DNA of 21,027 bases. Origin: an uncultured bacterium (GTDB lineage Bacteria; Acidobacteriota; Thermoanaerobaculia; Multivoradales; JAHZIX01). Shown one piece after another: positions 17,347 through 21,027 of this stretch; positions within the stretch are counted from its first letter, which is position 1; each line of letters begins with the position of its first letter. The stretch is from the NCBI GenBank assembly GCA_965368975.1, contig CBDUPA010000041.1, forward strand, positions 1 through 21,027, given 5' to 3'. The translations under genes and the position numbers were made by a program. A model generated the notes under the pieces. It did no database searches and was not told where the DNA came from. It was given only the letters and a program-made list of their open reading frames with translations.

Positions 17347-18321
17347 ATGAACTGCAATGAGCAGAAGACTATCCTTGAGGAGAATCTGCGGGAATTAACT
17401 AAGGAGCTCACAAGGGAGTCGCAAGAGCTGGAGCAAGAAATTCGAGAAGATGCTGCCAAGATCGACCCAGATATAGATACTTCTGGACCCGACATGTGGA
17501 TCGGTCTCGACATTGACGTTTCATGGAAGAAAGTCAATTTCAGCCTTGATCTTCCGGAAATCGAGTTTGTGGACCAGAAATGGGTGCTTGACTTACCTCA
17601 AGTAACCATGAAGCAGCAAGAAATAGTCTTTCATACACCTTCAGTACGAATGAAGACTGTAAGAGGGCCGGATATCCCTGAAGTTGTCTGCAAGATGGTG
17701 ATGAAGGACTTTGGTCTAATCAAAACGAAAGTGCCAGAATGCAAGACTCGTATGAAGAAGACATACCTTGACATTCCAGAGTCTTTCATGGAGAAGCAGC
17801 GCATAGTCCTCAGTATTCCCGAGTTTCGTATCGATCAAACCGAAATGGAGCTGAGTGTCCCAGAGTTCACGATGAAAACCCAGGGATTCTCGCTACACTT
17901 GCCTCAAGTCACAGTGAAGAACATCCGAGTCGAGTCAGAGGAAGCGAAGAAAGCAGGCGACGCTCTCTCCGAGGATGCCAAACGTAGAGGAGAGGAGTTG
18001 AAGCTCGGTTTCGTTACCACGGCGAAGGTAGAGCTAGGAGGCGATGTAGCTCAACTCTATGCGTGCTATCGCAGGCAGCTGGAGGCATCTAAAATCGAGA
18101 CCCTCCAACGCTTCGAAGCCGGTGCTTCTAGTCTTCAATCTGTCATCGCCTCAATGGTAAACAGCAAGGTGCCGGAAGATAACCCGAGGCTTAAGCAAGC
18201 TAGACAGAGCTTGGCTACAGTATACGAGAACCGTGAAGCATTCATGCGTAATACTCTAGACAATCTAAGTAAGCTTGCAGAACAAGAGCGCTCTTTCTTC
18301 GAAAGACTTGCAAAAGGCTAG
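17347..18321 (+). CDS. Hypothetical protein (324 aa) with terminal coiled coils and central 14-aa LxxPE/Q repeats
   Basis: AAGGAG RBS before ATG 17347 (MNCNEQK...). Repeats such as WVLDLPQVTMKQQE, IVLSIPEFRIDQTE and MELSVPEFTMKTQG. Confidence 0.85.
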   Translation: MNCNEQKTILEENLRELTKELTRESQELEQEIREDAAKIDPDIDTSGPDMWIGLDIDVSWKKVNFSLDLPEIEFVDQKWVLDLPQVTMKQQEIVFHTPSVRMKTVRGPDIPEVVCKMVMKDFGLIKTKVPECKTRMKKTYLDIPESFMEKQRIVLSIPEFRIDQTEMELSVPEFTMKTQGFSLHLPQVTVKNIRVESEEAKKAGDALSEDAKRRGEELKLGFVTTAKVELGGDVAQLYACYRRQLEASKIETLQRFEAGASSLQSVIASMVNSKVPEDNPRLKQARQSLATVYENREAFMRNTLDNLSKLAEQERSFFERLAKG

Positions 18322-18537
18322 CAACTGAGACTTGCCAAAGTAGCGAAGGAGTACACCAGTTGCATAAAAGCAACACTCGCCAGCGATCTAAGGTATATCT
18401 GGACTTGTCCTAGAATGCCTTGAATGAGCTAAGTGGCTGACACTGCTCGGGTTGAAGGGGCACAGAAGACTGAACCAAGGGAGTTCAGCAGCAGTGTCAG
18501 CGCACAGCTTACTATATCTGGCTCTTGCCTCGGCCGG

Positions 18538-18642
18538 TTCCAGTTCGCTGTGCCGGGTCCACGGAAGATGTCCCCGATCTATGGCGACAAATCCCGCCTA
18601 CACGTCACACTCACGCCGGTCGGCACGAGTTCGTATCGGCAG
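18538..18642 (+). repeat. Diverged direct repeat, copy A
   Basis: Ungapped manual alignment with 19336-19440 gives 80/105 identical bases, including the exact 20-mer TTCCAGTTCGCTGTGCCGGG. Confidence 0.9.
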
Positions 18643-18998
18643 GAATTCCGTCTAGTAGATGATGTCCGAGGGAAACACCCCATACCGATCCCCATCCATC
18701 TTCATCCCGCACAGTTCTCAAGAAAGAACATAGCCTCAGCCCCGCAGTCAGCTCAGGCAACCAGGCCAGAAATCTCGACGCCTCTAACCAGGAGTGCCAA
18801 GATTGTCTAGAAAGGGGCAATCAAACCAACCGCAATAAATAGGATGCCCACGATGATAAAGATTATTGGGCCAGCTGCATGACCTCGGGTCAGAGCGCTC
18901 TCTTCCAGCCGACGCGATGCTAGACTCCGAGTTTATTGAGCGGCGCATCTTCACACGCTGTTGGGACAGTGTCCGCTCGATGTATTAAGGAGAAGACC

Positions 18999-19097
18999 AT
19001 GTCGTACCTCGAAGCCATCCTCGTGTTCCTAGGAATACTCGAACCAGACAACAATGCTGATCCCGTTGGTCCTGGCGGACCTCCTCCTGAAGAGTAG
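18999..19097 (+). CDS. Small ORF, 32 aa (MSYLEAILVFLGILEPDNNADPVGPGGPPPEE)
   Basis: Strong RBS TAAGGAG 7 nt before the ATG and a hairpin just downstream of the stop. Below the ORF-track length cut-off. Confidence 0.65.
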   Translation: MSYLEAILVFLGILEPDNNADPVGPGGPPPEE

Positions 19098-19115
19098 AGC
19101 CGAAAGCCTCCTGCA

Positions 19116-19156
19116 AGGCGTGCCTACCGGGCTCACTCGGTTCGGTAGGCACGCTT
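19116..19156. terminator. Stem-loop downstream of the small ORF
   Basis: GCGTGCCTACCG (19118-19129) pairs perfectly with CGGTAGGCACGC (19143-19154), extendable by G-U and A-U pairs. It lies between convergent stops at 19097 and 19183. Confidence 0.7.
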
Positions 19157-19182
19157 CAACCATAGATCAAGGCCTCCCAGCT

Positions 19183-19344
19183 TCAAGGCGCCGCCAGGAG
19201 CTCGGCCGCGCTCGCCGCCTCTTGGCTGCGGGGGGCCAACTTCCGTAGCTGCGCGTAGGCCGCCTCAGCGGCGGCACGGTCGCCGGTGGTGAGGTGGGTG
19301 GCGGCGAGGTAGTTGGGGGCCAGGGCGAGGGCTACTTCCAGTTC
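19183..19344 (-). pseudogene. C-terminal remnant of a TPR-like protein
   Basis: ELEVALALAPNYLAATHLTTGDRAAAEAAYAQLRKLAPRSQEAASAAELLAAP* has TPR-like AL.L.P and G....A...Y....L.P patterns. The upstream frame runs into repeat copy B and is not protein-like. Confidence 0.5.
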
Positions 19345-19440
19345 GCTGTGCCGGGAAGGCGGAAGATGTCCCCGAGATCGGGCGACAAATCGCCGAACCC
19401 CGTCACGCTCTCCCCGCTTGCCACGAACTCGTATGGGCAT
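19336..19440 (+). repeat. Diverged direct repeat, copy B
   Basis: 798 bp downstream of copy A, with the same conserved blocks (CGGAAGATGTCCCCGA, GGCGACAAATC, CGTCAC, CACGANNTCGTAT). Confidence 0.9.
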
Positions 19441-20242
19441 TCCATTTCGTCGTTTCCGGGACCAGGTAACCAGCCTACCCTCGCACACTCCCATCCTGCG
19501 CAGAGGTACGGCAGAGGCGTAGCCTTCCAGGCCCGGCAAACGGGCTCCAGACCCGGAGTTTTGCCCGCTCGCTGGAGGTAGATCACCGAGGTACAGGGGT
19601 GCCACCCTGCCGCCGTGGCCGAGGTACCGGGGTGTACGGGGGTGGAAAGCCGGCGAAGATCGCCGTCGCCGACGGCCAAGTGCTTCGATTCCGGCCCTCG
19701 TTTAACGTGGCACCTGAAAATTCGTCAATCCGCCTCGATTGAGGAGAACATGAGAGGACATTTCTCCTGCATTTCTTTATATACACATAGCTCATTTATC
19801 GGCAAGATGCTGCCCCCACTTTACTTGCACATGGCGAGATCGACTGACGACCATCGCGATGGCTTCCTTGAGCAGATCAGCGAGGAAGGATCGCAATCGA
19901 AGCAGTGGCCAAAATCGCCTCGAAATACCGCCTCGCTTCGGTTCTTTCGGCCTTATAGGGCTGAGAGGTAAAATAGGTACTCCAGCTCGTACCAGATTTC
20001 ATTATATGCAGCATCGAGGTAGAGAGGCGTGCCACCCCCCGTAGATTGGTTACCCTTGAGGTGAACGAGCTGGTGGTACCTGGTACGGTGGCTACAGCTG
20101 GCAAGCGAGCCCTGATGGTGCACCAGGAACGTGCAGAATTCTGTCTTGGAGAGGCTGGAGGAGCCTTGAAAGACTCAGAAACGGCAGGGGTGCAGGCGGG
20201 CTACCTGCCCACCCTCTGAAGCGCTGGAGGGAAGCTGCCAGA

Positions 20243-21025
20243 TCAGGCAGCCAGGCAGGGAATGTCCAGACTCTGGACGGCTTGGCGCTTGGCTTGCTCT
20301 CCTCGGCGGTCGTAACGCCGGGTAGTATCGGCATTGGCGTGACCGGCGAGCTGCTGGACGGTGAAGACATCGACGCCTGCGCTCAGCAGGTGCGTAACGT
20401 TTGAACGTCGAAGATCGTGGGCGGAGAAGTGGTCTACACCGGCTTGCTGCTGACGGCGGCGCAGGATGTAGGCAATGCAGCTTCCGCGCAGGCGGGTGTG
20501 GCGGACTTCCCCGGTCTGACGGATCGGGCAAAAGAGCGGGCCGGGCTCGTCGCCGCGGACGTTGAGCCAGGCTGCAAGGTACTGACACCCGGCATCCGTC
20601 AAGTAGACCGCGCGCTCCTTGTTGCCCTTGCCATGGACCAGGATGGCGCCGTACTCCAGGTCGATGTCGGTGACGTCGAGCCGGGCGACCTCACCCCGGC
20701 GCAGGCCGCAGCCGTAGAGGACCGTGAGCATGGCGGCATCGCGTGAGCCTTTGGGGCTGGCGTCGCTGATGCAGGCCGTAAACAACTGCACGATCTCCGG
20801 CATCTCCAGGGCGCGCCCGGCGGGCAGCTTGGAGGCTCGCACGTTCGGCACCGACGCGGCGCGTTGGTAGCTGTCGGCGTCGATCAGACCCAGCGCCCAC
20901 GATTGCTTGAGCACACCGCGCAGCGTCGACAAGATCTTGTTGACGGTCGCGGGTTGGTAGCGCGCGATCAGAGCTTGCCGGACGGCCATGCCGTCGGCGT
21001 AGGTCAGTCGCCACCAAGGGTAGGT
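20243..21025 (-). CDS. Tyrosine recombinase/integrase (5' end beyond window)
   Basis: Catalytic set intact: RDAA...GLRRGE (R), GKGNK (K), HDLRR (H-x-x-R), LAGHA (H), TTRRYD (Y). The frame stays open to the window edge (TYPWWRLTYADGMAVRQAL...). Confidence 0.95.
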   Translation of the reverse strand, partial: TYPWWRLTYADGMAVRQALIARYQPATVNKILSTLRGVLKQSWALGLIDADSYQRAASVPNVRASKLPAGRALEMPEIVQLFTACISDASPKGSRDAAMLTVLYGCGLRRGEVARLDVTDIDLEYGAILVHGKGNKERAVYLTDAGCQYLAAWLNVRGDEPGPLFCPIRQTGEVRHTRLRGSCIAYILRRRQQQAGVDHFSAHDLRRSNVTHLLSAGVDVFTVQQLAGHANADTTRRYDRRGEQAKRQAVQSLDIPCLAA

Positions 21026-21027
21026 GT

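Larger units (their letters stand above)
302..21027. mobile_element. Putative tRNA-Thr-integrated genomic island extending beyond the right edge
   Basis: The orientation of the tRNA 3' fragment places the element to its right. Contents are accessory genes with mosaic base composition, gene remnants and a tyrosine recombinase. The other att end is not in the window. Confidence 0.55.

Noticed and set aside
18433-18810. 125-aa ORF (and the similar 19294-19581 ORF) as real genes
   Set aside because: No clear RBS, similarity is confined to the DNA repeat, and differences cluster in blocks rather than at third codon positions. Treated as a repeat, although coding is not fully excluded.
19586-19634. 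16-bp near-identical direct repeat CCGAGGTAC(A/C)GGGGTG, 33 bp apart
   Set aside because: Only two copies, in GC-rich, probably degraded coding sequence; no function can be supported.
19742-19971. Hairpin AGGAGAA...TTCTCCT covering a possible RBS/ATG and a 73-aa ORF
   Set aside because: RBS-ATG spacing is very short and the translated product is not protein-like; insufficient support.
19976-20080. Imperfect inverted repeat GGTACTCCAGCTCGT / ACGAGCTGGTGGTACC downstream of the recombinase
   Set aside because: Only a 9-bp perfect core with a long spacer; could be chance.
20243-21025. Assigning the recombinase as xerC/xerD or as the island's tRNA-targeting integrase
   Set aside because: The N-terminus is outside the window and the visible sequence does not establish either. 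It may be an internal resolvase-type enzyme.

Overview
Bacterial accessory region that appears to lie inside a genomic island. A 3' fragment of tRNA-Thr(CGT) at 302-353 looks like an att site, and a tyrosine recombinase runs off the right edge. The most notable content is a compact three-gene RiPP-like operon on the minus strand (6959-11109). It encodes a 186-aa precursor with four tandem CxxCTxVTxC cores and an acidic helical C-terminal tail, a stand-alone phospho-Thr/Ser lyase-like protein, and a Hanks-type kinase fused to a Zn-type LanC cyclase with a CCG motif. Together these look like a split class IV-like lanthipeptide synthetase, with an RRE-like N-terminus on both enzymes and no transporter or dedicated peptidase. 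A four-gene + strand operon ending in a tricorn (S41) protease converges on it. Upstream lie a wHTH-TM-TPR one-component regulator and a divergent ECF-like sigma factor. The right part holds lower-GC hypothetical genes, a diverged ~105-bp direct repeat pair enclosing a 32-aa small ORF, and gene remnants. All family calls come from motif recognition by eye; no searches were run.
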